A program made the position numbers and the translations under genes. A stretch of 64,000 nt of DNA, from the IMG/VR virus record IMGVR_UViG_3300036861_001052, positions 1 through 64,000 of that record; one strand, 5' to 3'. This DNA is from a virus. Below are positions 38,977-52,290 of this stretch, one piece after another; the stretch's first letter is position 1; each line of letters opens with the position of its first letter. Below the pieces are notes generated by a model. That model was not told the DNA's origin. It saw only the letters and a list, made by a program, of their open reading frames with translations, and searched no databases.

Positions 38977-39312
38977 CTACTCCGCCGCGTGCCGCGCCTC
39001 CCGGTCCTCGACGACCTCTTCGGCGTCGTAGAGAGCGGCTAGCACTTCCAGATAGAAGCGATTCATGGAAGGGGGAGCGATCCCCCCCGCGTCCTGCATG
39101 CTCGCATCCTTCACGAGCATGTCGTGCTCCATGTCGGTGAAGATCTTGTCACCCGGACACGCCAGCTTGTCCGAGATGGAGAGCGCGACCTTCACGTTTC
39201 CAATCCGCCTCCAGAACGGCCTCGTCAGCACCACTTCTTCGAGTACATCCTCGGCCGAGTAGGCCTTGTTGCCAATGGGCACCACCTTCTTCGGCAGTCG
39301 AACCTTCTTCAT
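38977..39312 (-). CDS. hypothetical protein (possible fibre chaperone)
   Basis: AAGGAG RBS; lies between fibre genes. Confidence 0.6.
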   Translation of the reverse strand: MKKVRLPKKVVPIGNKAYSAEDVLEEVVLTRPFWRRIGNVKVALSISDKLACPGDKIFTDMEHDMLVKDASMQDAGGIAPPSMNRFYLEVLAALYDAEEVVEDREARHAAE

Positions 39313-39333
39313 GCTCTCTCCTTTTTCACTTCC

Positions 39334-41163
39334 TCATGCCGCGAACGCCGGGACCTTCAACTGGGTCCCGCCGATGTTGATATCCAAAAACCGGTCCACC
39401 GTTGCCGGCACGGCAGCCCCAGCGCCCGCGTTCGCGGTCGTGCTCGTGCCGTTCAGGCGAAGATTGATGCCGTTGAAGCGCCAGGCCGGTAGGCCTCCAG
39501 TCGAGTACTGAATATAGCCGTTCACGGCGTCTGCAGTCGGGTTCGTCTGAGCGTTGGCGACATAGATGATGCCGTCGCCCGTATTCGCCGGAAGCTCCGT
39601 CGTCGACACGCCCGAGAGCTTGACGAGCGAAAGCACTCGCCTGTCGAGCGCGACCTCGGTGGCCTCGACCATTGCCAGCGCTCCGGCCGAAGTATCGTCG
39701 ACATTCAAGCTCATCCTGACACCGCCCATGAGCCCGTTTCCGTCGGGGCCGCCACCAGATAGGAGGAGAATGCCGCCGTCCCCGTCGGCCCCTCCCGCGG
39801 TAACCGACTGCGCGTGTATCCAGAGCCGCTGCGCGGCAGGCCCGAGGCTCGCCTGTTGAATGATGTTCGGGTTTGCGACGGTCCGTATGAACGACAGCTC
39901 CGCCGGCGTAAACTCCGACCTGGTCGAGTTTATCGTGAGCCGCGCCGTTCCGGTGATGTCGACCTGGAATGTCGTCACACAGCGGAGCTGAAGTGTCGGC
40001 GTATGCACGTCGTCGCCGATCTGAAGGCTGTTGGTCGCGGCATCGGCGACGAAGCCCTGCACGTCGAGCGTGTTCGTCGCGTTCCGGTAATAGAGGATCC
40101 AGCCCTTCGTGAGCCTGATCGTTCCGGTGCTTGCGACCGGAGCGGCGAGGCCTCCGCTGCCGTGAATCGCCAGCACCTCTCCGACCTCGAGGGCGTTCGC
40201 AACCTGCACGTTGTAGGTGCCGCTCGGAAAAATCGTCAGCCGATCGGTCGGCGGCGAGCTCGAGGACGCCCGGAAGATGATCTTCTGAGGAACGCTTCCC
40301 GCGGCGACGGCACCGGACACCTCGAATGAAATCTCCGAGCTCGCGACATAGTTCGCGCCGTCGAATCCGGCGGACACGACTCTCGCGAGGCTATCGCCAT
40401 TGGCGACCGTCGTTTGCGCGACGCGCGTGCCCCGGCTCTTCATCCCGAGGAAACGCGCTGCCGCGGTGTCCGCCGAGTGCTGCGCGGCAATGATTCCGCG
40501 CACGGTCGCAGACCCCGTCTGGACGGAAACGACGCTGCCTGCGGCTTCGCCGTTCGTGACGGCGCTGCCGGCGTAGTAGCTCCCGGTCGTGAAGAGATTC
40601 TCGGCCTGGAAGTTCGTGGACCACGTCGGGACGCCGCCGATCGTGATGATGGCCTGGCCATTCGTGCCGCTTGGCGTGATGCCGATCTGGAGCTGTTCGT
40701 TCGCGCCGGGATTGAGCACGGTCGTCGTGATGAGCGAGCCCTCGGCGACCTTCGGATCTAGATAATTAGGCGTCGTGTCGGCCGCCGTCACGGCGACCAG
40801 GTTCGACGCGATGCCCGTCGGGCCCGTAGATCCCGTGGGGCCAGTCGGACCGGTAGCGCCCGTCGGTCCCGTGGGGCCAGTCGGGCCGTCCGTTGGCCCC
40901 GTGGGCCCGGTCGCGCCCGTGTTCGCGGCGCCGCCCGGAGTTCCCGTGGGGCCGCTCGGCCCGGTCGGCCCCGTCGCGCCTGTTGCGCCCGTGTTCGTGG
41001 CGGCTCCGCTCTGGCCCGTGGGGCCCGTACTGCCGCTCGGCCCCGTCGCGCCCGTCTGTCCCGTCGCTCCGGTCGGACCCGTCCCCGCCGTCCCGCCGCC
41101 GAAACCGGGCGGGACACGCGCGGTGCCGCGCCCAGATGTTCCGGTGCGATCTCGGATGGTCAT
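39334..41163 (-). CDS. collagen-containing fibre protein lacking the shared N-domain
   Basis: GPTGATG stalk, then phage-fibre-like segments (KSRGT...V.NGD.L, ..RLTI). Confidence 0.8.
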   Translation of the reverse strand: MTIRDRTGTSGRGTARVPPGFGGGTAGTGPTGATGQTGATGPSGSTGPTGQSGAATNTGATGATGPTGPSGPTGTPGGAANTGATGPTGPTDGPTGPTGPTGATGPTGPTGSTGPTGIASNLVAVTAADTTPNYLDPKVAEGSLITTTVLNPGANEQLQIGITPSGTNGQAIITIGGVPTWSTNFQAENLFTTGSYYAGSAVTNGEAAGSVVSVQTGSATVRGIIAAQHSADTAAARFLGMKSRGTRVAQTTVANGDSLARVVSAGFDGANYVASSEISFEVSGAVAAGSVPQKIIFRASSSSPPTDRLTIFPSGTYNVQVANALEVGEVLAIHGSGGLAAPVASTGTIRLTKGWILYYRNATNTLDVQGFVADAATNSLQIGDDVHTPTLQLRCVTTFQVDITGTARLTINSTRSEFTPAELSFIRTVANPNIIQQASLGPAAQRLWIHAQSVTAGGADGDGGILLLSGGGPDGNGLMGGVRMSLNVDDTSAGALAMVEATEVALDRRVLSLVKLSGVSTTELPANTGDGIIYVANAQTNPTADAVNGYIQYSTGGLPAWRFNGINLRLNGTSTTANAGAGAAVPATVDRFLDINIGGTQLKVPAFAA

Positions 41164-41171
41164 GTCATCGG

Positions 41172-43483
<2,312 letters not shown>

Positions 43484-43485
43484 GC

Positions 43486-43953
43486 TCACGCCTTCGCTTT
43501 GTAGGCCTTGTATGCCGTGTAGCCGCCGGCAGCGACGCCGATGGCGCCGAAGATCGCCGAGACCACCGCTTCGTGCTTGTCGCTCGGATCGGCAGAGCCC
43601 CACCATTTCTGCGCGCGGTACATGTTGAAGAGCGAGCCCGAGAGCATGATGCCGGACACGCCGCCCCACGCTCCGCCGAGCGCAAGCCCCGTCCCGAACG
43701 AGAGCGCCGCGACGAGCGACGTGATGCCCGCCGATCGGAGCGCGGCATCGGGAGACGCGTCGGGTGGCTCTATGAAGTCGACTTTGCCGCCGACCGCTTC
43801 CGCATACGCGCCCATCCCATCGGGATAGCCTACGGGCACCGCGTGAGCCCCTAGTCCGTCGGGACTCGGCGCCCCCATGCCGGCCGCGGGCTTGCCTCCG
43901 CCAGATCCTTCTTCGGGGATGTTCTCGAAAACGTCGGCGGGCGATCCGAACAT
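43486..43953 (-). CDS. multi-TM Gly/Ala-rich membrane protein
   Basis: Several hydrophobic Gly-rich helices. Confidence 0.65.
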   Translation of the reverse strand: MFGSPADVFENIPEEGSGGGKPAAGMGAPSPDGLGAHAVPVGYPDGMGAYAEAVGGKVDFIEPPDASPDAALRSAGITSLVAALSFGTGLALGGAWGGVSGIMLSGSLFNMYRAQKWWGSADPSDKHEAVVSAIFGAIGVAAGGYTAYKAYKAKA

Positions 43954-44037
43954 GACTCCGAGGATAGCCTGGGGGCGATGCCGTGTGAAGCTCCGAGGAT
44001 CGGGGCCCCGACTTCGGCTATAAAACGGGGCTGCCAC

Positions 44038-46116
44038 ATGAGTGACCCGGAGGTGCGGCTCGTCCTCTCCATGATCGTCCGGAACGAGTCCCGCGTCATC
44101 GATCGGTGCCTCGATAGCGCCCTCTCTATCGCGCAGGGCTTCGTCATCTCGGACACCGGCTCGACCGACGACACCAAAGAGCGCATCGCGCTAGCCGGAA
44201 AGCGGCACGAAGTGCCAGGGATCGTCGTCACCGATCCCTGGAAGAACTTCGGCTGGAACCGCACCCGCGCCGCGAATGCGACCCGGCGCTGGGTCAAGGA
44301 AAAATCCTGGGACCTTGACCATACCTACATGCTCCTGCTCGACGCGGACATGGTCCTTCGGGTGCTGCCGTCCTTCAAACGGCAAGCTCTTTCCGCCGTT
44401 TACTACCAGATCGAGCAGCGGAGCCCGAGTCTCTCCTGGCTAAACACACGGCTTTGCAGGCTTTCCCATAACTGGGAGGCCATTGGCGTGACGCACGAGT
44501 ACTGGGCGCCGGCCCCCAATGCGTCTCCTGAGCGCCTCGACTCCCTCTACATAGAAGACGTCGGCGACGGCGGCGCCAAGGGCGACAAGACCGCACGGGA
44601 CATACGCCTGCTCACCGACGGGCTCAAAGCCGAGCCGGACAACGTCCGCTACTACTTCTACCTCGCCCAGTCGTACTTCGATGTCGGTAACTACGCTGCG
44701 GCTCTTCCTCTCTATGAAGAGAGGCGGCGTCGCGGCGGATGGGCCGACGAGTGCTGGTACTCGCTCTTCAAGATGGGCCTCTGCGAGCTCCGGCTCGGCC
44801 ACGACCGAGAGGGCACGCGACTTTTGCACCAGGCGTTCGAGGAGAGACCCGGGCGCGCCGAGTCCGTCGCGCACCTCGCCCGCTTCTACAGAGAGCGGGG
44901 CTCGAATAACCTGGCGGTGCTCTTCGCGAGAGAGGCGCTTCGGATCCCAGTCTCGACCGAGAGCCTCTTTGTCGAGACGACCGCGCATCTGGAGATGCCG
45001 CTCGAAGATCTCGGGATCTCCGCCTACTACACGCCGCACAAGGACGAGGGCCGGCTCGCGTGCGCAAAGCTCCTGAGCCTGCCCGGCTCCAGGGAGTTTC
45101 ATAACCACATCCTTCGCTGCACGAGCTTCTATGCAAAGCCCATCGCGCCCCTCGCTGTGCGCAGGGGGACGTTCGCGATCCCGGAGGAGCTCCTGTCCGC
45201 GCCGGGGCCGTTTCTCGGGACCGAAGAGAACAAGACGCGGTACCTACCTAAAAATCCGTCCATTGCCCACCTTGGCCCCGGCTCCTCGCCCCTCGTCAGC
45301 GTGAATCTCGTAAACTACCACCACGAGCGCGGCGTCATCTTCGCGCCGAAGGATCCTGACGGCATCGTCCGCACCCGCAACGTAAACTTCGTCTGGGATC
45401 CCGTCCGCGCAGAGACAACCCATCTGCGAGAGTTCACTCCGTCGGAGTGGCCGGGCGGATGGGCAGCCGAGCCGCACGTCAGAGGTCTCGAGGATGTGCG
45501 ACTCTTCGCTCACCGTCAGCAAATATGGTTTACCGCAACGTGCTTTCATCCTCCGACGAAGCCAGGCTCACGCCATCTGTTCATCCCGAGCGTAGTCCTC
45601 GGTAAGCTCGGTCCCGCCGGCGTGGAGCATCTGACCGCGCTCACCTACGCCCGGGCCGGGCACTGCGAGAAGAATTGGCTCCCGTGGTCCAACGGAGAGC
45701 AGGTCTTCATGCTCTACGGCTACGATCCGCTCGTCGTGCTCGAGGTAGACGTCGTGACCGGCGTTGCGCGCGAGACCAGCCGGCGCTCACCAGGCCGTTC
45801 AGCTGCCTCCTGGCGCGGCGGCGCGCCGCCCGAAATCTCTCCATGGGGCAGGCTCGTGTTCATCGTGCACGAGGTCGCTCACTTCGACGACCGGCGCGTC
45901 TACATGCACCGCTTCGTCGAGCTCGACCGGGAGCGCTCGCTCTCTCGGTGTAGCCTTCCCTTCGTGATTGACCACGCGGGCGTCGAATACGTGGCCGGGC
46001 TCCTTTCGCTCGGAGAGACCGCGATCGTGACGTACGGACACGAAGAACGTGAAGCGCGGTGGGCCGAGTTTTCCTGGGAGGACATCGGCCGCTTACTCGG
46101 AGAAGACGCACTATGA
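44038..46116 (+). CDS. GT2 glycosyltransferase with TPR region and beta-propeller-like C-terminus
   Basis: SMIVRNE, DTGSTD, LLDADM, GVTHEY, YYFYLAQSY, GLEDVRLF, EKNW, RGG. Confidence 0.85.
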   Translation: MSDPEVRLVLSMIVRNESRVIDRCLDSALSIAQGFVISDTGSTDDTKERIALAGKRHEVPGIVVTDPWKNFGWNRTRAANATRRWVKEKSWDLDHTYMLLLDADMVLRVLPSFKRQALSAVYYQIEQRSPSLSWLNTRLCRLSHNWEAIGVTHEYWAPAPNASPERLDSLYIEDVGDGGAKGDKTARDIRLLTDGLKAEPDNVRYYFYLAQSYFDVGNYAAALPLYEERRRRGGWADECWYSLFKMGLCELRLGHDREGTRLLHQAFEERPGRAESVAHLARFYRERGSNNLAVLFAREALRIPVSTESLFVETTAHLEMPLEDLGISAYYTPHKDEGRLACAKLLSLPGSREFHNHILRCTSFYAKPIAPLAVRRGTFAIPEELLSAPGPFLGTEENKTRYLPKNPSIAHLGPGSSPLVSVNLVNYHHERGVIFAPKDPDGIVRTRNVNFVWDPVRAETTHLREFTPSEWPGGWAAEPHVRGLEDVRLFAHRQQIWFTATCFHPPTKPGSRHLFIPSVVLGKLGPAGVEHLTALTYARAGHCEKNWLPWSNGEQVFMLYGYDPLVVLEVDVVTGVARETSRRSPGRSAASWRGGAPPEISPWGRLVFIVHEVAHFDDRRVYMHRFVELDRERSLSRCSLPFVIDHAGVEYVAGLLSLGETAIVTYGHEEREARWAEFSWEDIGRLLGEDAL

Positions 46117-47468
46117 AGCTCGGCATCCCCACCCTGAACCAGTACGATTCCGTCCGGCGGCTCATCGAAAGCGCCGAGCGCGGTTCGATCGCGCCGGAGT
46201 CCTACATCGTCATCGACAACGGCGGCGGTTACCTGCCTGGCCCGCCGCTGTCCTCTGGTCGCGACGTCGAAGTCGTGCGCCCGGGAATCAATCTCGGCGT
46301 CGCCGCCTCCTGGAATCGCCTGCTCGACATGGCGGGGGACCACACCATCGCCATCTCGAATGACGACGTCGTCTTCGGCCCTGAGACGTTTCGGTCGCTC
46401 TTCGAGGCTTCCCAGCGCTTTCTCTTCGTCGGCGCGGTCGGCGGCTGGGCACTCTTCGCTCAGAGCCCCGAGTGCACGCGTCGCGTCGGCCACTACGACG
46501 AGCACTTTTACCCGGCCTACTACGAGGACTGCGACTACCTCCTCCGCATGCGGCGCGCGGGCGTAGAGTTTCACGACATAGGCTGGGCCGGGGCGACGCA
46601 CGACGGAGAGGCGACGACAAAGAGCGCCTCCGAGTCGGAGCGCGCGCTCATCGCCGAAGGTCGCTCCCGGAACTACTCCTATTTCGTGACCAAGTGGGGC
46701 ACGGACAGCCCCCGGTGGGGAAACCCCGACGTCAATAACTTCAAGGAGCCCTTCGACGGAAAGACTCCGGCGTACTGGTCGAACAGGCCGGAGACGCTCC
46801 CGACCAGTATGGAGGATCTCCGCACGGTCATCTCCCCCATGCGCTTCGACGTCCTGAACCTCATCGCCGATACGATCGGTGCCAAGCGCTACCTCGAGAT
46901 CGGAGTCTCCGACGGAGAGAGCATGCGCAAGGTGCACATCGACGAGCGCTGGGGCATCGATCCGAAGGCGCAGCTTTCCGGGGTCACTTCGTCGACGGTC
47001 TTCATCCCCCAGACCTCCGACTTCTTCTTCGCAAAGATTGCTCCGAATGTCGGTAAATTCGACCTCGTCTTCATCGACGGCGATCACCAGGCCGAGCAGG
47101 TCTACCGAGAAGTCAGAGCGGCGCTTCCTCTTCTCACCCAGAAGGGGGTCATCGTGCTCCACGACTGTAACCCCCACACCGAGGCCATGCAGGAAGTGCC
47201 GCACCGCTCCGGCTGGCAATGGACAGGCGACGTCTGGAAAGCGGTCGCGCGCCTGCGCGCAAGAGGAGAGTTCGTGCACGTCATCCCGGCAGACTTCGGC
47301 ATCGGCATCGTGCTCCCGAAGTCTCGGGGGCACGCCCCAGAGACGACCATCATGCCCTGTGAGTGGTTTCGCCTGCGCTACCAAGATCTCGAAGCCGACC
47401 GGGAGAACCTCCTCGGCCTGATTCGTCCTGGCGGCTGGGCCGACTGGATCCGCCGCTTCGTCGCCTGA
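46113..47468 (+). CDS. GT2 glycosyltransferase fused to Methyltransf_24-like domain
   Basis: VIDNG, GVAASWN, NDD, DE.FYPAYYED.DY; YLEIGV, FIDGDH, IVLHD. Confidence 0.85.
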   Translation: MKLGIPTLNQYDSVRRLIESAERGSIAPESYIVIDNGGGYLPGPPLSSGRDVEVVRPGINLGVAASWNRLLDMAGDHTIAISNDDVVFGPETFRSLFEASQRFLFVGAVGGWALFAQSPECTRRVGHYDEHFYPAYYEDCDYLLRMRRAGVEFHDIGWAGATHDGEATTKSASESERALIAEGRSRNYSYFVTKWGTDSPRWGNPDVNNFKEPFDGKTPAYWSNRPETLPTSMEDLRTVISPMRFDVLNLIADTIGAKRYLEIGVSDGESMRKVHIDERWGIDPKAQLSGVTSSTVFIPQTSDFFFAKIAPNVGKFDLVFIDGDHQAEQVYREVRAALPLLTQKGVIVLHDCNPHTEAMQEVPHRSGWQWTGDVWKAVARLRARGEFVHVIPADFGIGIVLPKSRGHAPETTIMPCEWFRLRYQDLEADRENLLGLIRPGGWADWIRRFVA

Positions 47469-47469
47469 C

Positions 47470-47673
47470 ATGATCGATCCGGAGAAAAGAAAGGCCGACT
47501 ACTACGCGCGCAAATGCTCCGGGCGCTGCGTCGTGTACGGCTGCCCCAACCCTCAAGCAGAAACGTTCCGGTGCGCCCATCACCAAGAGCTCAGTCGGCT
47601 GCATTCGCGCCGGCACAATCAAAGGAAACGACATGGCCGTTCCTCTCGTGCTTCAGTGGTCGATTCATTCTAG
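47470..47673 (+). CDS. small Cys/His protein
   Basis: C..GC...C..H. Confidence 0.45.
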   Translation: MIDPEKRKADYYARKCSGRCVVYGCPNPQAETFRCAHHQELSRLHSRRHNQRKRHGRSSRASVVDSF

Positions 47674-47806
47674 AGACGCCTCCATGGCTTTGGAGCGGCT
47701 CGTGTGGTGGCTCTATCCCTGGAAAAACCCGCCGTACTTGAGCCCGCTCAAGCGGCACCTCGAATTCCTCAAACCGCAGAAGGAAGACGACGAGTCAGCT
47801 AAAGCT

Positions 47807-48169
47807 TTACCTGGCTCTGTCGAGTAGCTTGTAGGAGCGATCCACGCGCTTACTGCGCGGCGCCTTCTTATTCCGCAGAGCCTTGCAGGCGCAGGCCTCT
47901 ATCTTCACCTGCTTCTTCAGCCAGCGCGCCGCGTAGGTCTCCATGTACTCCTGAGCACGACGGAGGTCGGGAAACTTGCCGGCGTAGTCGTGCCCGTGAT
48001 CTCCGAGAAAGCCTTCCGGCCCCTCATTGGCTCCCTCGACCACCAAGACGTGCCAGTCGCCGTCTCGTTCGTTGGTCGACATGACAAGCCGGCGGTCCTT
48101 GTGGTGAAGCACGCATGCAACCTGAGCCGACACTACCCAGATCATCGGCAGACGCCTGATAAGCTTCAT
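47807..48169 (-). CDS. hypothetical protein
   Basis: ATGA coupling. Confidence 0.55.
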   Translation of the reverse strand: MKLIRRLPMIWVVSAQVACVLHHKDRRLVMSTNERDGDWHVLVVEGANEGPEGFLGDHGHDYAGKFPDLRRAQEYMETYAARWLKKQVKIEACACKALRNKKAPRSKRVDRSYKLLDRAR

Positions 48170-48969
48170 TCTGCTGCCTCGCTCTCTTTCTCTTCCGGAG
48201 GACAAATCTTGACGAGGGCCTCGATGTCCTCCGCGATGTGTGCCATCCGGTGCTTGTAAACGCTCTCTTCGGCCCGGAGAGTCGCGATGGCGCTCGTCCG
48301 ATAGGCGCGATTCGTGAGAGCGCGTACGGCCTCGCCTACGTCTCCGTGCGCCCACGTGTCGATCATGACGCCCGACTTCTTCTGGAAGGTTTCGACCCTT
48401 TCGCGAAGTCTGTCTCGCTCCTCTTCGAGCCGCTCGATGCGCCGCGCGAGCTCTCCGTGACCGTCCTTTGCCCCCTCTTCCTTGCCCTCGCTCCGCTCAC
48501 GGCGGAGAAGGTCGTCGAATGCCTCGCCGTGCCGCCTGAGGATCGCCGCCACGAACGACTTCGTGAGCGGCTTCGGGCTGAGCTCCGGCGCCTTGACGAC
48601 GATCTTCGCCTTCCTTGCCTCGCTCACCTCGTAGAGCCCCCAGGTCGGGGGGAGCTCGTCCGGCGCGATGAGCCCAGCCGGGGCAGCGATCCACCACCTG
48701 TCGCAGAACGACTGGATCTCCTCCGCCTTCTTCGGGTTTTTGAGCTCACGCTTCCAGTCGGCGCGGTCGACCTTGATCTCGAAGCCGTGCACCAAAAGAC
48801 CTCGTGACGGCCAGATCCCCATGACGATCGCGTCCGCCCAGCGCCGTTGAGTCCATCCGACTCCGTTACCGACCTGCTCGAAGAGCGCGTACGCCGGAGA
48901 CGGAAACTCTGCCCTGAGGGCCGCGATGCAGCCCACCGCCGAGACATCGGCCACTTCTCGGTTTTTCAT
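48166..48969 (-). CDS. PD-(D/E)XK nuclease-like protein (MmcB-like) with coiled coil
   Basis: RWADAI...GFEIKVDRADWKREL..P.K...FCDRWWIAAP. Confidence 0.75.
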   Translation of the reverse strand: MKNREVADVSAVGCIAALRAEFPSPAYALFEQVGNGVGWTQRRWADAIVMGIWPSRGLLVHGFEIKVDRADWKRELKNPKKAEEIQSFCDRWWIAAPAGLIAPDELPPTWGLYEVSEARKAKIVVKAPELSPKPLTKSFVAAILRRHGEAFDDLLRRERSEGKEEGAKDGHGELARRIERLEEERDRLRERVETFQKKSGVMIDTWAHGDVGEAVRALTNRAYRTSAIATLRAEESVYKHRMAHIAEDIEALVKICPPEEKESEAAE

Positions 48970-49226
48970 TGTTCCCCGAGGGGTTCAGGGTCGATGCCGC
49001 TACCCTCGCAGCGAGCGCAGGGATCTTCGTTCCCAGCCGGCACTCCGTAGCACCAAGAGCACGCCTCGCGAGCCACGGCGCTGACGGCGTAGTCGAGCAC
49101 GACTGGATTGCGCTTCTCGAAGAGGGCCATCGCATCCTTCGCGTCTTCCGCGTCGATGATGCACCGCATGTACCCTTGCCACGAAAACAGGTAGCGCCGT
49201 AGACTCGTCTTCTTTCTGTAGATCAC
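48966..49226 (-). CDS. Zn-finger hypothetical protein
   Basis: CSWC...CARCEGSG. Confidence 0.55.
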   Translation of the reverse strand: MIYRKKTSLRRYLFSWQGYMRCIIDAEDAKDAMALFEKRNPVVLDYAVSAVAREACSWCYGVPAGNEDPCARCEGSGIDPEPLGEQ

Positions 49227-49501
49227 TACGCCGCTCTCCTTTGCGTCTCGAACCACTCTTCTTCTTTGGCCCTCTCTCGCTCTTCCTTCCGCCACTTCCA
49301 CCAGCCGTAGCAGTTGATGCAGAAGAACGTGACGGCGTTCAGGATGATGGGCTTACTCCCAAGCTGCACGCCGTAGAGGCCCCAGCTCACGATGGCCACG
49401 ATGCGGATCACCCAGCCCGAGCGCCACTTCCAGGCAAGCATCATGTTGCCGGCGACGTTCAAGGCAAAAGAGAGGAAGCCGTTTGCGTCCGCGAAGGTCA
49501 C
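49226..49501 (-). CDS. three-TM protein, PnuC/SemiSWEET half-transporter-like
   Basis: LAWKWRSGWVI...W..YG...N.YGWWKW. Confidence 0.6.
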   Translation of the reverse strand: MTFADANGFLSFALNVAGNMMLAWKWRSGWVIRIVAIVSWGLYGVQLGSKPIILNAVTFFCINCYGWWKWRKEERERAKEEEWFETQRRAA

Positions 49502-51369
49502 GGGGCCGCCTTCCGGTCGACAGGGAAGAGGGGGCGCTTGATATCGCGGCGCGCCGGCGCGCGCGTGAGTCGTTCTAGCGCGCGCTCGGGCGCCGGCGGC
49601 GGCAGGTCTGCCGCGACGAGCGTCACCGGCAGAGGCGTGCACTTCACCGGGGCCGGCAGGCTCGGCACTCGGAGAGCCGGGCGCCCCGCGGCCGCCCCCA
49701 CCAGGAACGCTACCGCCACGGCGGCGACAGCGATCCAGTATCGCTTTTTCACCGGTTTCGGAGCGAGGAGGGCGTTCATGGCGGCGGGATGGAGGCGCAC
49801 GGTCGCTTTGACGTCGTCGCGAGTTACCGAGACGGGCGGACCGAGAAAAGATCCCCTGGCGCGGCTCATCACGTCCGCCTTGACCGTCTTCTTCATAGGC
49901 CCTGCTTTCTCGCCCACTCGGCCCACGGCGTGTCCCGAAGGGAGAGATCGTCTCCGTGCTCGTCGCAGTAGGCGACCTGGCGGGCGATCCACTTCGTGCC
50001 GATCTTCACGCACCCCGACCAGGAGCACCGGGGGATCGTCTCGACGAGCGCGAGGAGCTCGGCCGTCCCCTGAGCGCTGTGCTCGTCCAGCACGGCGAGC
50101 ACCGCCGGCACGCAGTGGTGAAAGGCCTCGGCGATGTCCTGCGCGCACGTGTTGCAGAATCCGGGCTCTTGATCCGAGTCGTCCTTCCGATGAAACAGGC
50201 ACCGGCAGCGAAGACACGAGTCCGGCTCTTCGTCGTTCGGGGGGCCGATCGAGGCGTGGACCCGACGCAGGCGCTCTGCGCAGTCGTTCATGTGGCGGGA
50301 CCTTGTCGCTTGTCGCTGTACTCGGCTCGCACCTGCCGTAGCACGGCGTAGAGCCCTTCGGTCATGCTGAGCAGCGTGTCTCCCGCTTTGGCGCGCAAAA
50401 TTGCATCCACGACATCCGTAGCCCGAATGAGGACCGCTTTGGCCAGGTTTCCGAGAGCAATAGGTCCTCCCGGCCACCGCCACTCACCGCTCTTCCAGGG
50501 GACGTGACCCCATGGGTCCAGCACAAGGTCGCTCCCCTTCGTAGGCTCGGGAGGCTCCGTAAGATCCAGGATTCGATTGTCACGCTCCTCGAGCTTCCGC
50601 CCGAGCACGACGGCGAGGGTTCCGAGCGCACTCCGGAGGTCGTCATTGTCCAGCCGGAGCCTGTCCACGTACCGGCTCACCTCGTCCTGGAGCTCCCGGA
50701 ACCAAGTGACGCCCTTCACCGTCTCCCAGCGCTCGCCCATGGGCGGCGTCCGGAGCTTCTGTTTCATCGCCTCCACGTCGTGGTGCCGCGGCTCGTTATA
50801 ACTGCTCTGCCGCGTCCAGCAGCTCCGATGCAGACCGGACCATCGGTGCTGCGCGTTGCCGGGCAGGCTCACCAGGTACTCCACGGGCTCGCCGACCCGG
50901 CGAAGCGACGCGTCGTGACGCGGCAGCTCACAGAAGAGGCACGTGCACCAGACGTCCTCGCCTTCTGCCGGCCTCACCTTGAGGACCAAGGGAGGCGTCA
51001 ACTCGCCCTCGCTCACTTGAGTCCCTCCGAGATCGGAGGAAACTTCGGATCCATGCTCCAGGCGATCGCCTCTTTCTTCAAGCAGACGACGGTCGGACCA
51101 AACCCCATCACGGCCACGTACCCGTAGTGCTCGCAGGTCTCGATCGCTTTCCACTTCCTTTCGTACGCCCGGTCGAACTCAGCGTCCGACCCCGAATCTG
51201 ACGGCGGTCGCGCCGCAGCGCTCGCCGGCGCCCCCACCCTCGCCGCCACGGCGGACGGCAGCGACATCGGCACCGCGCTCGGGCTCTTTCTTGGAGCCTC
51301 ACGCGCGTTGCAAGAGACGAGCACGAGGAGGACCGCCACGTGGCGCTCGGTCATATTGAATGGATTCAT
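49498..51369 (-). other. four coupled hypothetical CDSs: 49498-49896 (one TM), 49893-50291 (Cys-rich), 50288-51016, 51013-51369 (lipoprotein-like LVSC)
   Basis: Successive 4-nt start/stop overlaps. Confidence 0.55.
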
Positions 51370-51373
51370 CGGT

Positions 51374-52216
51374 TTACTTTTCTGCAACGAGTACGCTCAC
51401 TCCGACTTTGCCGTCCGCATGCTGCTCGACTCGGAAGGCCCACGAGCGCGGGGGATCCCCGAGTCGCATGGCCCGCACGTAGCCGAGCTTGAAGTCCTCG
51501 CTGCTTAAGAGAGTCGACGCCTCGATCAGGGCCGGCTCCGGGATCTCGCTCGGCATCGCGCGCCGAAACCCCTTCACCGGCGACTTGTCCGGGCGCTTCT
51601 GCATCCGCGTGAGCCACTTGTCCGCGCGGCCCCACGCCCTATCGTCGGGCTTACAATTGCCTCCGCTCCCGTACCCCATGAACGTCGCCGCCACGCGCTC
51701 CCGGCTCGCTCGCTGCCCGATCCAGACGCCGCATTGCTTCGCGACCGAGACCCAGACGCGCGCCGTCGCGTCCGCGCACCTCGCCGTGCTCTCCTCGTCC
51801 GTGCCCGAGAGGGTCTTCCACTCGTCCTCCGGTACGAGCCTGGACGCATGGATCTGACCGAGACACTTGGCGAGGCCGCGGTCCTCGTTCCAGACGGGGT
51901 GGCCGGTGCCGGCATGGATCCTTTCGTCGAACCTGGTCTCTTCGTTCGTGAGGATGAGGATCGCCATCGCGAGCTCGCTTCCCGTCCAGCCCTTACCGTC
52001 TGCGTACGGTACGACCGCGTGGGCAAAGCCACGGGACAGCCTCTCGAGCCGAGCAAGCTCCTCGCTTTCGGTCTCCCCTGGAGCATGCGAGCGGGGCAAT
52101 TCCCGCGCCGTTTCGAAGAGCCACCGTGCGAGGGGCTCTTCGTGGGTCGCATGCGCGGGGATCCCGATCCCTAGAATCAAGCAGACACTGACCATGAAGA
52201 GTCTCAGTCGAGTCAT
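51374..52216 (-). CDS. secreted lysozyme/transglycosylase-like protein
   Basis: Signal peptide (AHA); NEETRF...DRG.A.CLGQIH resembles the SLT core. Confidence 0.5.
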   Translation of the reverse strand: MTRLRLFMVSVCLILGIGIPAHATHEEPLARWLFETARELPRSHAPGETESEELARLERLSRGFAHAVVPYADGKGWTGSELAMAILILTNEETRFDERIHAGTGHPVWNEDRGLAKCLGQIHASRLVPEDEWKTLSGTDEESTARCADATARVWVSVAKQCGVWIGQRASRERVAATFMGYGSGGNCKPDDRAWGRADKWLTRMQKRPDKSPVKGFRRAMPSEIPEPALIEASTLLSSEDFKLGYVRAMRLGDPPRSWAFRVEQHADGKVGVSVLVAEK

Positions 52217-52290
52217 GATGCACACCTCGCCGCAAAGCCTGGCATAGGGGCCCATGCCCTGTCTAGATTCCGGCACAAGACCAAGAGCTC